Below the pieces are notes generated by a model. That model saw nothing but the letters and a program-made list of their open reading frames with translations. It made no database searches and was not told the origin of the DNA. A stretch of 64,000 nucleotides of DNA from NCBI GenBank assembly GCA_000092065.1, contig CP000591.1, one strand, 5' to 3'. Positions 18,482 through 28,166 of this stretch are shown piece by piece; the first letter of the stretch is position 1, and each line of letters begins with the position of its first letter. A program made the translations under genes and the position numbers. The DNA is from Ostreococcus lucimarinus. Its lineage: Eukaryota.

Positions 18482-20440
18482 ATGCTCGCGCTTCCGCGCG
18501 CGAGCGTCATCGACGCGCGCGTCGCGCGGCGCGCGAACGCGCGGCGCGCGAACGCGCGGCGCAAACTTTCGGCGGCCCGCGGAGGAAACGCTGGGCCGTT
18601 ATCCGCGTCCCGCGACGCGCGCTCGACGCGCGCTCGAGGCGACGCGCGATGCGGCGACGCGCGCGCGAGCTTCTCGACGGCGTCGACGCCCGAAGCGGCG
18701 ATGCGCGGCGCGATGACGCGAGTGAGAGGCGATTTCGTCCTCGCGCGGGCGGAGAGCCGAGGCGTCCGCGGCGCGCCCGGCGGGTCGACGCACCAATCCG
18801 AGCGCTCGGCGCAAGGAAAAACGCAGAAAGAGACGAGAGTTGCCGTGAGGGTGGCCGCGCTCGTGTTTGGCGCGGTCGTGACGTCGGTGGCGTTCGCGGC
18901 TCGAGCGAGCGGAGCGTTGGCCAAGGTTGGCGCGCAGGTGGCGGCGGCGAACAAACAAGTCGGATCCATGGTGCTCACCGCGGGCGTGCTTTTGGTCATG
19001 TCGGCGTTTTTTTCGTTAGCGGAAACGTCCATCACGACGTTGTACCCTTGGAAAGTGCGAGAGTTGGCGGATCAGGAAGGTTCGACGGGCGGGGTGTTTC
19101 AGATTATGCGCAAGGACGTGACGAGATTTCTCACGACGATTTTGATAGGGACGACATTTTCTGGGATCATGGCCACCGCGCTCATTACGGAGGCTGCATT
19201 GATACTATATGGCGATGGTGCGACGACCGCGGTGACGGTGGCGCTGACGATCGTGATGCTGGTGTTTACAGAAATCGCTCCGAAGAGCGTGGCGGTGCAG
19301 CACGCCACGGTGATTGCACGCGTCATCGCGAAACCCATTTACTTGCTCTCCTTCGTCGTCTACCCGCTCGGTCGAACGTGTCAAATCGTTGTGAACGCCA
19401 TGTTTGCCCTTTTCGGTCTCAAAACTTCCGCTGAGCCGTTTGTGAGTGAAGAAGAGTTGAAACTCGTCCTCGCCGGGGCGACGAAGAGCGGCGAAGTGGA
19501 GAGCGCGGAGAAGGATATGATTCAAAATGTGTTGGATCTCGAAGAGACGGTCGTGAGAGATGTGATGACACCGCTCGTGCAAGTGCACGGCGTGCGAAGC
19601 GATGCCACATTGGCTGAATTTCGTACGGAATGGATCGAGCACAAGTACTCTCGCGTGCCGGCGTGGGAGGATCGCGTGGACAACATCGTGGGCATTGTTC
19701 GAGCGAATCAAATCATGCAGCTCGGAATAGAAAGAGATCTTCGCCCGGAGCAAAGTAAGGAACTCGAAGACGTCCTCGTCCAGGATGTCATGCTTCGTGA
19801 CACTTATTTTGTTCCCGAAAGCATGTCCGTGAGTAAACTCCTTCGCGAGCTCATGCAGCGCAAGTCTCACATGTGCGTCGTGGTGAATGAATTTGGCGGC
19901 ACTGTAGGTATCGCCACACTTGAGGATTGCGTGGAGGAGATCGTCGGTGAAATCTATGACGAAGAGGATAGTCAAAAGGCAAACGCGGATGAGGATGAGC
20001 AAGATGCGACGCCGTTCATTCGCGAGGTGGGACAGGGGGCGTATCTCGTAGACACTCGCGCGGCGCTATGGAAATTGGCGGATGAGTTGTCGCTGGACAT
20101 TCCCGAGTCGCCTCTGTACGAAACTGTGGGTGGTTTCGTGTGTGATTTATTCGGATCTATTCCCGACGTCGGGGCGTCGATCACGACAACGTTTGAGCAC
20201 GTCGAGGACGAGGACGCTAGTTCGGATGACGAGAGCGACGGCGAGACTGATGGGCTCGAATTCGACGGCATCACGCAGCGAGAAGTCGTGGTGACGGTCA
20301 CGGACGCGGATACGAGACGAGTTAATGAAATTCGTGTGCAAATAAAACGCTCTGGAAATTCTATACCCCCGGAAGATTCGGACGACGAAGAGTCGGGATG
20401 GGGCGATAGAAAACCAAAGTTCGCATCCCAGGCTGCGTAA
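18482..20440 (+). CDS. DUF21-CBS-CorC_HlyC (CNNM/CorC-family) divalent-metal transport protein with an N-terminal transit peptide
   Basis: DUF21 transmembrane core LLVMSAFFSLAETSIT...LIGTTFSGIMATAL, paired CBS domains (VRDVMTPLVQV..., LVQDVMLRDTYFV...) and a CorC C-terminal domain (FGGTVGIATLEDCVEEIVGEI). The ORF-track start at 18356 is TTG; the first ATG is at 18482. Confidence 0.8.
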   Translation: MLALPRASVIDARVARRANARRANARRKLSAARGGNAGPLSASRDARSTRARGDARCGDARASFSTASTPEAAMRGAMTRVRGDFVLARAESRGVRGAPGGSTHQSERSAQGKTQKETRVAVRVAALVFGAVVTSVAFAARASGALAKVGAQVAAANKQVGSMVLTAGVLLVMSAFFSLAETSITTLYPWKVRELADQEGSTGGVFQIMRKDVTRFLTTILIGTTFSGIMATALITEAALILYGDGATTAVTVALTIVMLVFTEIAPKSVAVQHATVIARVIAKPIYLLSFVVYPLGRTCQIVVNAMFALFGLKTSAEPFVSEEELKLVLAGATKSGEVESAEKDMIQNVLDLEETVVRDVMTPLVQVHGVRSDATLAEFRTEWIEHKYSRVPAWEDRVDNIVGIVRANQIMQLGIERDLRPEQSKELEDVLVQDVMLRDTYFVPESMSVSKLLRELMQRKSHMCVVVNEFGGTVGIATLEDCVEEIVGEIYDEEDSQKANADEDEQDATPFIREVGQGAYLVDTRAALWKLADELSLDIPESPLYETVGGFVCDLFGSIPDVGASITTTFEHVEDEDASSDDESDGETDGLEFDGITQREVVVTVTDADTRRVNEIRVQIKRSGNSIPPEDSDDEESGWGDRKPKFASQAA

Positions 20441-20505
20441 GCTCGACGAGCGTTCGCATTGTATAAGCGCTTTGTTGTAAAACCAAACAGGCGGCAGTAA
20501 AATCA

Positions 20506-21597
20506 TCAATCCAAGTCGTTCAACCACGTGACGACGTCGTAAAAAAGCGCTTCCGATGTCTCACGCTCGATGAAATGATCGACTCCGTTCAACTTCCATT
20601 GCTCGACATCGACGTTGTTCTCGCATCGGTCGTACTTCGCCTTGGCGACGCGCACTTCGACGCTGTTGCCATCCGCGGGCAGGGTGTCCATGCTCTTGGC
20701 GACGACGTTCGAGCAATCCATGGCCTTACCCAGCGTGCTGAACGAATCGTCCGCCGATGGAAACGGTATGCCTCGAGCGTTCACACCTCCATCGATAGGT
20801 ACAGTGTGATCGTCGGTGCCGTGCACGAGGAGCACGTTTGTTTCGCCGCTCTTTGGACGACATCTGGACGCATCAGAAAACGTACCACCCGCGAGAGACA
20901 CGACGCCGCGGAAGAGTTCGGGCTTTTCGCACGCCAAGCGGCTCGCCATGAAACCTCCAGTAGCGATTCCAACGACGTAAATGCGCTTTTCATCGACGTT
21001 GAATTCCTTCTTCGCGGCGGCGACGACTTCTAGAATGTACTTTACGTCGAGGTCGTCCGTCGCCGAGATCTCTGGCAGCGCTACGGCGTCACTTCCATCC
21101 CACGCGCGGCACTCAAACTCTGGACTGTCTCGTGCGAGGATTCCCGTGATCCACGATCCGAACAGTCTGTCTTGCGAATTCGGTGAACTTTCCTGAAGGT
21201 TACACAGTACACACTCGCGCGTCGTGCGGGGAGCTCGCGGCGCCAAGTAAATCCAATTACGGTCGAGCGCGGCTTCTCGTAGCCCGCTTTGGACGAGCGT
21301 TTGCTGCCGGCGACGGGCGATACCCAATCGGTTACGCACGGCTGGCACGTTTCGCATGGACTCGAGCTTGAGCGTTTGCTGCGCGTCGTCGGACAAGCAA
21401 TATCCGTGAAGGAAGACCAGCAAAGGCCTTGCTTCTGAGCCATCGTACCTCGAAGACGTCAACGCACGCACGTCCACGGTGGTGCTCAGTTGAGCCTTGA
21501 AGTCGGCGTCTCCCGCACGGCAGCTCGCGCACAGAGTGAGCAGTAAAGTGAGAATGAGAAACATTTGGAGGAGCGAACGTCGAAGAATGAAGTCCAT
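20506..21597 (-). CDS. Secreted alpha/beta-hydrolase esterase (PHB-depolymerase/feruloyl-esterase-like family)
   Basis: Signal peptide MDFILRRSLLQMFLILTLLLTLCASC, LLVFLHGYC and the nucleophile-elbow-like VVGIATGGFMASRLAC. The ORF-track start at 21606 is GTG; the ATG is at 21597. Confidence 0.7.
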   Translation of the reverse strand: MDFILRRSLLQMFLILTLLLTLCASCRAGDADFKAQLSTTVDVRALTSSRYDGSEARPLLVFLHGYCLSDDAQQTLKLESMRNVPAVRNRLGIARRRQQTLVQSGLREAALDRNWIYLAPRAPRTTRECVLCNLQESSPNSQDRLFGSWITGILARDSPEFECRAWDGSDAVALPEISATDDLDVKYILEVVAAAKKEFNVDEKRIYVVGIATGGFMASRLACEKPELFRGVVSLAGGTFSDASRCRPKSGETNVLLVHGTDDHTVPIDGGVNARGIPFPSADDSFSTLGKAMDCSNVVAKSMDTLPADGNSVEVRVAKAKYDRCENNVDVEQWKLNGVDHFIERETSEALFYDVVTWLNDLD

Positions 21598-21726
21598 CAC
21601 TATCACGAGCCGTCTCTTTCGTCGTCTCGAACAACCTCGTCCTCACGAACGCACTTGTTCTTTGGTAGTATTCCAACCCGCTAAAATCCCGCTAATTATT
21701 CGTGCATGTAATGACGCTCACTAAAA

Positions 21727-22686
21727 TCAATTCGAAGACGCGCACGGCGACTCGTCGCTCTCCAACGCGTTCCCGCACTCGGCGTCGCGCAGAGTCTCGC
21801 TCACCCCGCATTGACGAAAGCAAGGCGACGCAAACGCCGGATCAGCCTCCACCGAAGGCGGTGTCGCGCCGTACGTAAACTGGCATTCAAATGTCTCGTA
21901 ATTTGGTGTCAACGTCACCGGCAAGCCAATCTCTTCCGTAAAAAACTTTTGCGTCGGATGCTTGCAAACGTTCGCGCAAACCGCGGCGCACCCGGTTTCC
22001 TCGAGAACGCGACATCGTTTCAACAAAACGCCCTGCTTATACCCCGCCCGCACTTTCGGCGCACCGATCATCGCCGCGAAAACACTCGTCGACACGTCAT
22101 CGCTCACGTCTAGCGCGACATCCTCCGGCGCGTCGTTCACCTCCGCCTCGCCGACGAGCCACGGCAACAACATCGGAGTCACCGCCGCGGCGTGCCGAGC
22201 CGCGAACCATTTCGGGAACAACCGCAGAAATCCCCCGAACGCACCCGCAAAGCCGGGCGGCGCGCAATTTCGTATGATCATCAACCCCTTCGCTCGCGTC
22301 TCGCGCGCGCCCGAGCTCTCGCGCACTAATCGCAGGCACGCGTCCCGCACGTCCGCGAAGTCGTCGCCGTCGTCGCCGCGTGCTTTTCGTCCCGGCGTCA
22401 ACTCGCGCTCCATGACCGACGCGAACGCCCTGAGAAACGCCCTGTCGACGAACGAAGTCTTGTAGTCGGGTTTCGGCGTGCTCGGACCGGCGCGTTCGCG
22501 TCGAAGGTCTCTGGGCGTCGTCTCCGGGCCTCGGTCGGTAGATGACGCAGCCGGTGACGTCCGCGACGTTCGGCGACTATTTTCGGCGCGCGCGCGCGGG
22601 CTCGCGCGCGTGCGGCGACGCGAACGCGCGCATGCGTGACCGCCCGGCGCGGACGAGGACGCGGCGCGCGAGGACGCCGCGCGCAT
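21727..22686 (-). CDS. D27: D27-like beta-carotene isomerase family protein (DUF4033)
   Basis: CRVLEETGCAAVCANVCKHPTQKFFTEEIGLPVTLTPNYETFECQFTYGATPP matches the conserved D27/DUF4033 C-terminal block. ATG verified at 22686; an R/S-rich transit-like N-terminus precedes the domain. Confidence 0.75.
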   Translation of the reverse strand: MRAASSRAASSSAPGGHACARSRRRTRASPRARAENSRRTSRTSPAASSTDRGPETTPRDLRRERAGPSTPKPDYKTSFVDRAFLRAFASVMERELTPGRKARGDDGDDFADVRDACLRLVRESSGARETRAKGLMIIRNCAPPGFAGAFGGFLRLFPKWFAARHAAAVTPMLLPWLVGEAEVNDAPEDVALDVSDDVSTSVFAAMIGAPKVRAGYKQGVLLKRCRVLEETGCAAVCANVCKHPTQKFFTEEIGLPVTLTPNYETFECQFTYGATPPSVEADPAFASPCFRQCGVSETLRDAECGNALESDESPCASSN

Positions 22687-22761
22687 GGTGACGGTCGCGC
22701 GCGGGAATGTGAGGCGCCGTCCGCCCGTCTACAACGCTAAAGAGCCTAAAGAGCTATGTGT

Positions 22762-24594
22762 CTACTTACGGTCGTACGCAGTGCGCTCGAACTTGTTGCC
22801 GAGGACGGCGTACGCTTTTTGAGCGAGTTGAAACCGCTCGGCGGCGCGCTTCTTGGCCGAGGCGTCGCCGGCGACCTTGTCGGGATGCGTCTCGAGCGCG
22901 ACGAGCCGAAACGCGGCTTTAATTTCTTCCTCCGTCGCGTGCCCGAGCTTGGCGTCGAGGCGAAGGGTCTTGTAGAAGCCGTGGATGTCGCGAGAGAAAC
23001 CGGGATGGCGTCCGCTGGGGGCGCCGTGCGCGTCGTCGCCGCGCGAACGCTTCCAGTTGGCGCCGTACTTGCGCTCCATCTCCGCCTCGCGTCTCGCGGC
23101 TTCGTCCGCGAGGTGCGCGCGCTCTTCCATCTCGTGTCGCATCTCTTGACGCTCGCGGAATCGGAATATTTGTGTCTCTAGAATGCTGTACGCCCACGCG
23201 CGACGTTTATCCGGATCCCAGCGCATCTTGTCCGTCTCTCGCCATCGTCGCCATTCGGCGTCGTCGCGTCGTCGCTGGACGCTCTCGTCCATCCACTCGC
23301 TGTTCCCTACTGATCGCATCGCACGCGCAAACGCGCGTTCCTCGTCGTGCACGCGCACGGCGTCAATTTTATCTTGACGCATCTTCGGCACCTGACGCGC
23401 GAGCACCGCCGCGCCCGCCGCCGCGACGGCGGACGCCAACGCGCCTTGGCCGAGAAAAAAATACGCGCTCTCGGGCCACACGTACGCGGCGATACTGGCG
23501 GGAATCGCGACCGCGCTGAACGCGAGGGCGCGCGCCTTGTGGTCACAAATCAAATCATCGCTCACGACGAGGCCCGTGACGCCGCACACGACGGCTTCGC
23601 GCGGCTGTTGAATAATCTTGTTTGCGTTTTCGTCGACGACGTACCCGTGCTCGAAGGACACGTACCACACCGGATGATAGACCGCGTACACGTCTCTCGA
23701 CAGCGTCGTGAACTCGACGCATATGTCTCGCGTCGACGTCGCGCCCTTGTGTTTCTTCATCAGCTCCTCCGAGGCCTCCGCGCGCGCCACATCTCGCATG
23801 CGCGCCGCGGCGAGCGACAACGCCATGCTTCGCCTCATCTCAAACGGCTCGACCACCGTCCCTTCCGGCGCCTTCGCGCGCGCGCGCGCCCAATCCATCG
23901 CGTCGAAATCGTTCGGATCAAAGCTCACGCACGCCCCGGGCAGCAAACGATCCACGAAATCCCTCCTGTGCGCGAAACTCGCGCATATTTGACTCGCCCT
24001 CGTCGTCGCGTCGAACCGCGTCGTCTTCGCCGCCGTCCCGCTTCGCACCCAACTCCCCCCCACCTCCACCGATCCCGCGCACGACGTCTCCGCCGTGACG
24101 TCGAACACCCAATACGGCGCGTACGCCGCCCGAAACGTCGGTTCGCGCGCGCCGTCCCGGCCGCGAACGCGCCGCGGCCGCGCGCCTCGACTTCGCAACC
24201 ACCGCCGCAGGGCGTCCCGCGCGTCGCGCTCGTCGCGCTCGAACGCGCGCCCTCGCGCGCCGCGCGGTCCCGACGCGCGTCCCGCGCGCGCGTCGCGCGT
24301 CGCCGCCGTCGTCGAGTCGCGCGAGTCGTCGCGCGTCGCGCGGCCGCGCCGCGCGTCGAATCCCCATCGCGTCGCCGTCGTCGCGCGTTCGCGCGCGAGC
24401 GCGCGCGTCGCGGCGGCGGCGACGCGACGCGCGCGCGCCCGCATCGCGCGCCGTCGCCTGGCGCCGTCGCCGCGCCGCGCCGGCCGTCGCGCCGCGCGCG
24501 CGTCGCGCGCGGGCGTCGCGCGCGTCGGCACCGCCAACCCTCGCGTCACTACATACCGCGAAACACACGCTAAACACGCGCGCGCGACGCGCAT
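22762..24594 (-). CDS. DnaJ (J-domain) protein with a C-terminal J domain
   Basis: The C-terminal J domain reads DFYKTLRLDAKLGHATEEEIKAAFRLVALETHPDKV...AERFQLAQKAYAVLGNKFERTAYD with the HPD tripeptide. The ORF-track start at 24636 is GTG; the first ATG is at 24594. Another candidate start, MRARARR, is about 150 bp further in. Confidence 0.65.
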   Translation of the reverse strand: MRVARACLACVSRYVVTRGLAVPTRATPARDARAARRPARRGDGARRRRAMRARARRVAAAATRALARERATTATRWGFDARRGRATRDDSRDSTTAATRDARAGRASGPRGARGRAFERDERDARDALRRWLRSRGARPRRVRGRDGAREPTFRAAYAPYWVFDVTAETSCAGSVEVGGSWVRSGTAAKTTRFDATTRASQICASFAHRRDFVDRLLPGACVSFDPNDFDAMDWARARAKAPEGTVVEPFEMRRSMALSLAAARMRDVARAEASEELMKKHKGATSTRDICVEFTTLSRDVYAVYHPVWYVSFEHGYVVDENANKIIQQPREAVVCGVTGLVVSDDLICDHKARALAFSAVAIPASIAAYVWPESAYFFLGQGALASAVAAAGAAVLARQVPKMRQDKIDAVRVHDEERAFARAMRSVGNSEWMDESVQRRRDDAEWRRWRETDKMRWDPDKRRAWAYSILETQIFRFRERQEMRHEMEERAHLADEAARREAEMERKYGANWKRSRGDDAHGAPSGRHPGFSRDIHGFYKTLRLDAKLGHATEEEIKAAFRLVALETHPDKVAGDASAKKRAAERFQLAQKAYAVLGNKFERTAYDRK

Positions 24595-24671
24595 AAATCC
24601 AGTCCGACCGCGGTGATTCGTGACGCTCGACAACACCCTCGCGATTCCGCGACGCGACGCGGTTCGCCGAG

Positions 24672-26312
24672 ATGGCGCGACGACGCGGACCGCGACGCCG
24701 CGGGGACGGCGACGACGACGAGTCGACCCCGCTCGTCGCTCGCGGGCGCGGGTCGACGACGCCGGCGACGGTGACGCGGGTGACGCTTTTAGTGTTGGTC
24801 GCGATGGGCGTCGTCGGCGCGTCGACCGCGCCGCGTCGACGATTCTCGGCGCGAGTCGGCGTTTTCAAGAAGGGATTGAAAACGGTGACGAGCGCGGCGA
24901 GCGGGGTGGCGAGCGCGTGGTCGAAGACGGGCGACGCCGCGTGGACCAGGGCGGAAAATCTCTCTAAAAACGCGCGTAAAAAGGTTGGCGCCGAGTTGAC
25001 GGCGGCCATGCAATCCGGGCACCAAGAGATTTTTAAGCAATACGACGAGGCGTCGGGGTGGTCCCAGCAAGCGGCGAATCAAGTTGCGGGAGAGGCGACA
25101 GAACTCGGGGACGACGTCGAGAAGACGGCGAAGATGATTGCCGAGTTCCTCGACGGTTATAAATGCGACATCGGCGTCAAAGACTTGAAGAAGACCGTTG
25201 ACGATATTAAAAACGCGGTCGGCTCAAACTCTTTGAAATCCATGTACGACAAGGTGACGGGATCTCCGAATAGGTATTTCAAGAACATGGACGACTTGGC
25301 TTGCCAGATGATGTGGGATACGTCTGGATTCGCGCAAGCTGCATCCGTGATGGAGGCTTTCATCGAGTTGGCCAAGGATAAGTGTCCGCTCGTCGTCAAG
25401 GGTTCGAGTAAGCCCGCTTTCACCTATGGTTTCTCCGTCTCGGGTGACATTGTCGGCGTCGTACTCAGCGCCGGTCGCTCTGGCGAAGTCGGTCTCGGCA
25501 TCGACTTGTCTGGCCAAAAGTTTTGCTACGCTGGCCATTGCGTCTACTCGGGCTTCACCTTGGATGTACCTCAAGTGGGTGTGGACTTCAACGTCGTTGT
25601 CTCCGGTTGGAAGTCGATGTCAGACGTGTCTGGTCGGTCGAACATGATGGCTTTCGGCTTGAGTGGCGAGTTACCAGACTCCGCCATCCCAGATTTTGAC
25701 GTTGATCTCACGCTCGTCACCGGCGGCGCCAAGATGAGCAACATATTGGGCGTCTCCAAGGCGTTAGGCGTCGGTCAAGACGCGTCTGAGCTGCCGGTGA
25801 CGGGCAGCTTCGCCAAGGGTACGTGTATAACTCCTTGGTGCGTCACGTATGAAGGAGGTTCGTGCGCCGGTGATCCGGGAGAAGGGCGCGATTTCAAGTG
25901 CTATATCTCCAGACATTCGTCGTTCCGGCTTCCTGCTCCCTTTGCGGGTCAAACCGTTCAAGACCGATGGGATTACTACAATCGCAAATCGGAATCGGGC
26001 AAAAAGATGCGCAAAGAAATCGAATCGAATAATGACAAGTATCCGATTTACGAAGGGTGCGAGTTCGGCGACGCCGAGATGGAGTGTTACTACGACAAGT
26101 TCTACGCCAAGGCTCATCCAAAGGATTACGACGACATCGAGAAAAAAGTGAACAAAGAATCTTGCAACGGCTTCTCCTCTGACTCTGAATGCTCCAAGAA
26201 TCGCCGCGAGAGGATCATCGAGAAGAAGGTGAGCCGCGCCAAGGCTGATTTCTTCAAAGATAAGGGTGGCTGGAAAAACGAACCGACTTCTTACGCGAAG
26301 TGCGGCATTTAA
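24672..26312 (+). CDS. Hypothetical membrane-anchored protein with a Gly/Ser-rich beta-rich central region and a Cys-rich C-terminal domain
   Basis: ATG verified at 24672. Single TM anchor VTRVTLLVLVAMGVVGAST after a basic N-terminus. The central region has alternating polar/hydrophobic glycine-rich runs (FSVSGDIVGVVLSAGRSGEVGLGIDLSG). The C-terminal 150 aa contain at least 12 Cys. No homolog recognised. Confidence 0.5.
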   Translation: MARRRGPRRRGDGDDDESTPLVARGRGSTTPATVTRVTLLVLVAMGVVGASTAPRRRFSARVGVFKKGLKTVTSAASGVASAWSKTGDAAWTRAENLSKNARKKVGAELTAAMQSGHQEIFKQYDEASGWSQQAANQVAGEATELGDDVEKTAKMIAEFLDGYKCDIGVKDLKKTVDDIKNAVGSNSLKSMYDKVTGSPNRYFKNMDDLACQMMWDTSGFAQAASVMEAFIELAKDKCPLVVKGSSKPAFTYGFSVSGDIVGVVLSAGRSGEVGLGIDLSGQKFCYAGHCVYSGFTLDVPQVGVDFNVVVSGWKSMSDVSGRSNMMAFGLSGELPDSAIPDFDVDLTLVTGGAKMSNILGVSKALGVGQDASELPVTGSFAKGTCITPWCVTYEGGSCAGDPGEGRDFKCYISRHSSFRLPAPFAGQTVQDRWDYYNRKSESGKKMRKEIESNNDKYPIYEGCEFGDAEMECYYDKFYAKAHPKDYDDIEKKVNKESCNGFSSDSECSKNRRERIIEKKVSRAKADFFKDKGGWKNEPTSYAKCGI

Positions 26313-27078
26313 GACGCGCGTTCCACCGCGGGCGCGCGCGCCGCACGATTTTGCCGACGACGCTGTAAATAATATTGAAATCATCGCTCGCGTCCGCGCC
26401 CCCGTCGTCGTCGTCGTCGCCTTTCCCCGCGTCCGTCCGCGTCCATCCTTCGTCGCGGCGCGCCTGCATTCACAATAAATTCGTCATGATGCCGTTACGC
26501 ACAGTCAGAATACGCCATTTGACGCGTATAACGCGCATGTCCGCACATGGCGCAAACGCCGAGGCGATTAGGGCACGCGCGATCGACGCGAATTATGCGC
26601 ACCGCACATTCCCGCGCCGCGCGCGACGAACGCGCGGATTCGCGCGACGACGCCGTCGACGCGCGCGTTCGTGGGAGACGCCTCGCGGCCGGGCACCGTT
26701 CGAAACGATCGCGAACGCGCGACGCGAAAAACGGACGTCGATCGCGTTCGCGACGGCGGAATCATAAGAGTCGTTTGTTTGAATTTCGGATTCGAATCCG
26801 AGCGACGCGAGCGCGCGCTCTCGGCGAGCGGGAGCGGCGGGCGAGCGAGAGCGAATGGCGAGGAGTGCGTGGACGCGGCGAGGCGATGCGAGGCGCGCGA
26901 GAGCGAGGACGAGGGCGCGGGGGGGGAAGGACGGGGCGCGCGCGACGACGCGCGTCGCGCGCGACGCGCGCGAAGAAAGACGACGACGACGCGACGACGA
27001 CGACGCGACGACGACGACGATCGCGGGACTGACGAGGGCGTTGATGTGCGCGCGCGCGCAGGCGTCGGGAGCGGCGCG

Positions 27079-28023
27079 ATGCCGGCTTCGGCGGAAGATT
27101 CCATCGGGTGGTACCTGAGCTTGTACTGGCCGGCGATGAATAAGGAGTTCAAGGGCGTGGTGCAAAAGTACGATCACGATTCCAAGCATCACACGGTGAA
27201 GTGGGATAACGCGCCGAAAGGGAGCGATGGCGTGACCGAGGTTGATTTGACCGAGGGCGAGTTGACGTGGTTGAAGGCGCCGGAGAAGCCCGTGAAGAAG
27301 GCCGCGAAGGGCAAGCCGGCGGCGGCGAAAGCGAAACCCAAAGCGTACAAGGAGTACGATGCCTTGGAGACCATGGATGATTTGGAAGCGCGATTCACGG
27401 GCAAAACGACCAAGGCGGTGGCGTTTCAAGTGTTGAAGAACAGCGGCGTAAACGGGATGACGCTTCAAGAAATAGTCGACGAGTCGCAAAAGCTTGGGCT
27501 TCGGGACTGGACGCAGTGCAAACAGCCAAAGACGACCATCAACGTGTGCGTGAGTCAAGATTCGGCGTTTGTGAAGATTTCTCCCGGACGCGTGGGTTTG
27601 CGCATCAACGGCGCGCAAACGAGAGACGCTTCGCAAGAACCCAAGCACGTGAAGGCGTCGGGCGCTTCGAAAAAGCGTGGGCGTCCGCCGAAGACGGGCG
27701 AGGCCAAGCCGAAAAAAGTGCAACGTCAAGAACCGCAACACTGGGAGCGCAAGCCTCCGATTGATTTGTCGATTGAGGTGTACACGAGCAACAACACGCA
27801 CGTGACCAACGCGCCAATCTCAGTTGCGTACAACGTTACCATTAAGGCTTTGAAAAAGGCCATCTCGAATAACACCAAGGGCATGCTCAAGCCGCACTAT
27901 CAGCAACTTTACCACGATAACCGAAACATCGGTATGGATGAGGATGCGTTTTTGGTGCACGCGGTTCGCCCGCACAAATTTGAGCGCACGCTCGATTTGA
28001 AGCTCGTCATCAGCGATCAGTAG
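27079..28023 (+). CDS. Putative chromatin-associated protein: Tudor/PWWP-like N-terminus, HARE-HTH domain, AT-hook and C-terminal ubiquitin-like region
   Basis: IGWYLSLYWPAMNKEFKGVVQKYDHDSKHHTVKW is a Tudor-knot/PWWP-like aromatic cage. AVAFQVLKNSGVNGMTLQEIVDES...TINVCVSQDSAFVKISPGRVGLR is HARE-HTH-like. KKRGRPPKTG is an AT-hook. ATG at 27079; the ORF-track start at 26671 is GTG. Confidence 0.6.
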   Translation: MPASAEDSIGWYLSLYWPAMNKEFKGVVQKYDHDSKHHTVKWDNAPKGSDGVTEVDLTEGELTWLKAPEKPVKKAAKGKPAAAKAKPKAYKEYDALETMDDLEARFTGKTTKAVAFQVLKNSGVNGMTLQEIVDESQKLGLRDWTQCKQPKTTINVCVSQDSAFVKISPGRVGLRINGAQTRDASQEPKHVKASGASKKRGRPPKTGEAKPKKVQRQEPQHWERKPPIDLSIEVYTSNNTHVTNAPISVAYNVTIKALKKAISNNTKGMLKPHYQQLYHDNRNIGMDEDAFLVHAVRPHKFERTLDLKLVISDQ

Positions 28024-28166
28024 ACACTACAACAGTGACAGCGGTAACAGGCACATCATAGCCCGCGCGACAACACCAGGCGGAAATCTAATCATCGATC
28101 ATGTGTCGCGCGCGTTGTAAATCGAATATTCCATAAACGACTTCGTCTCGAGTTGAATTACAACGT

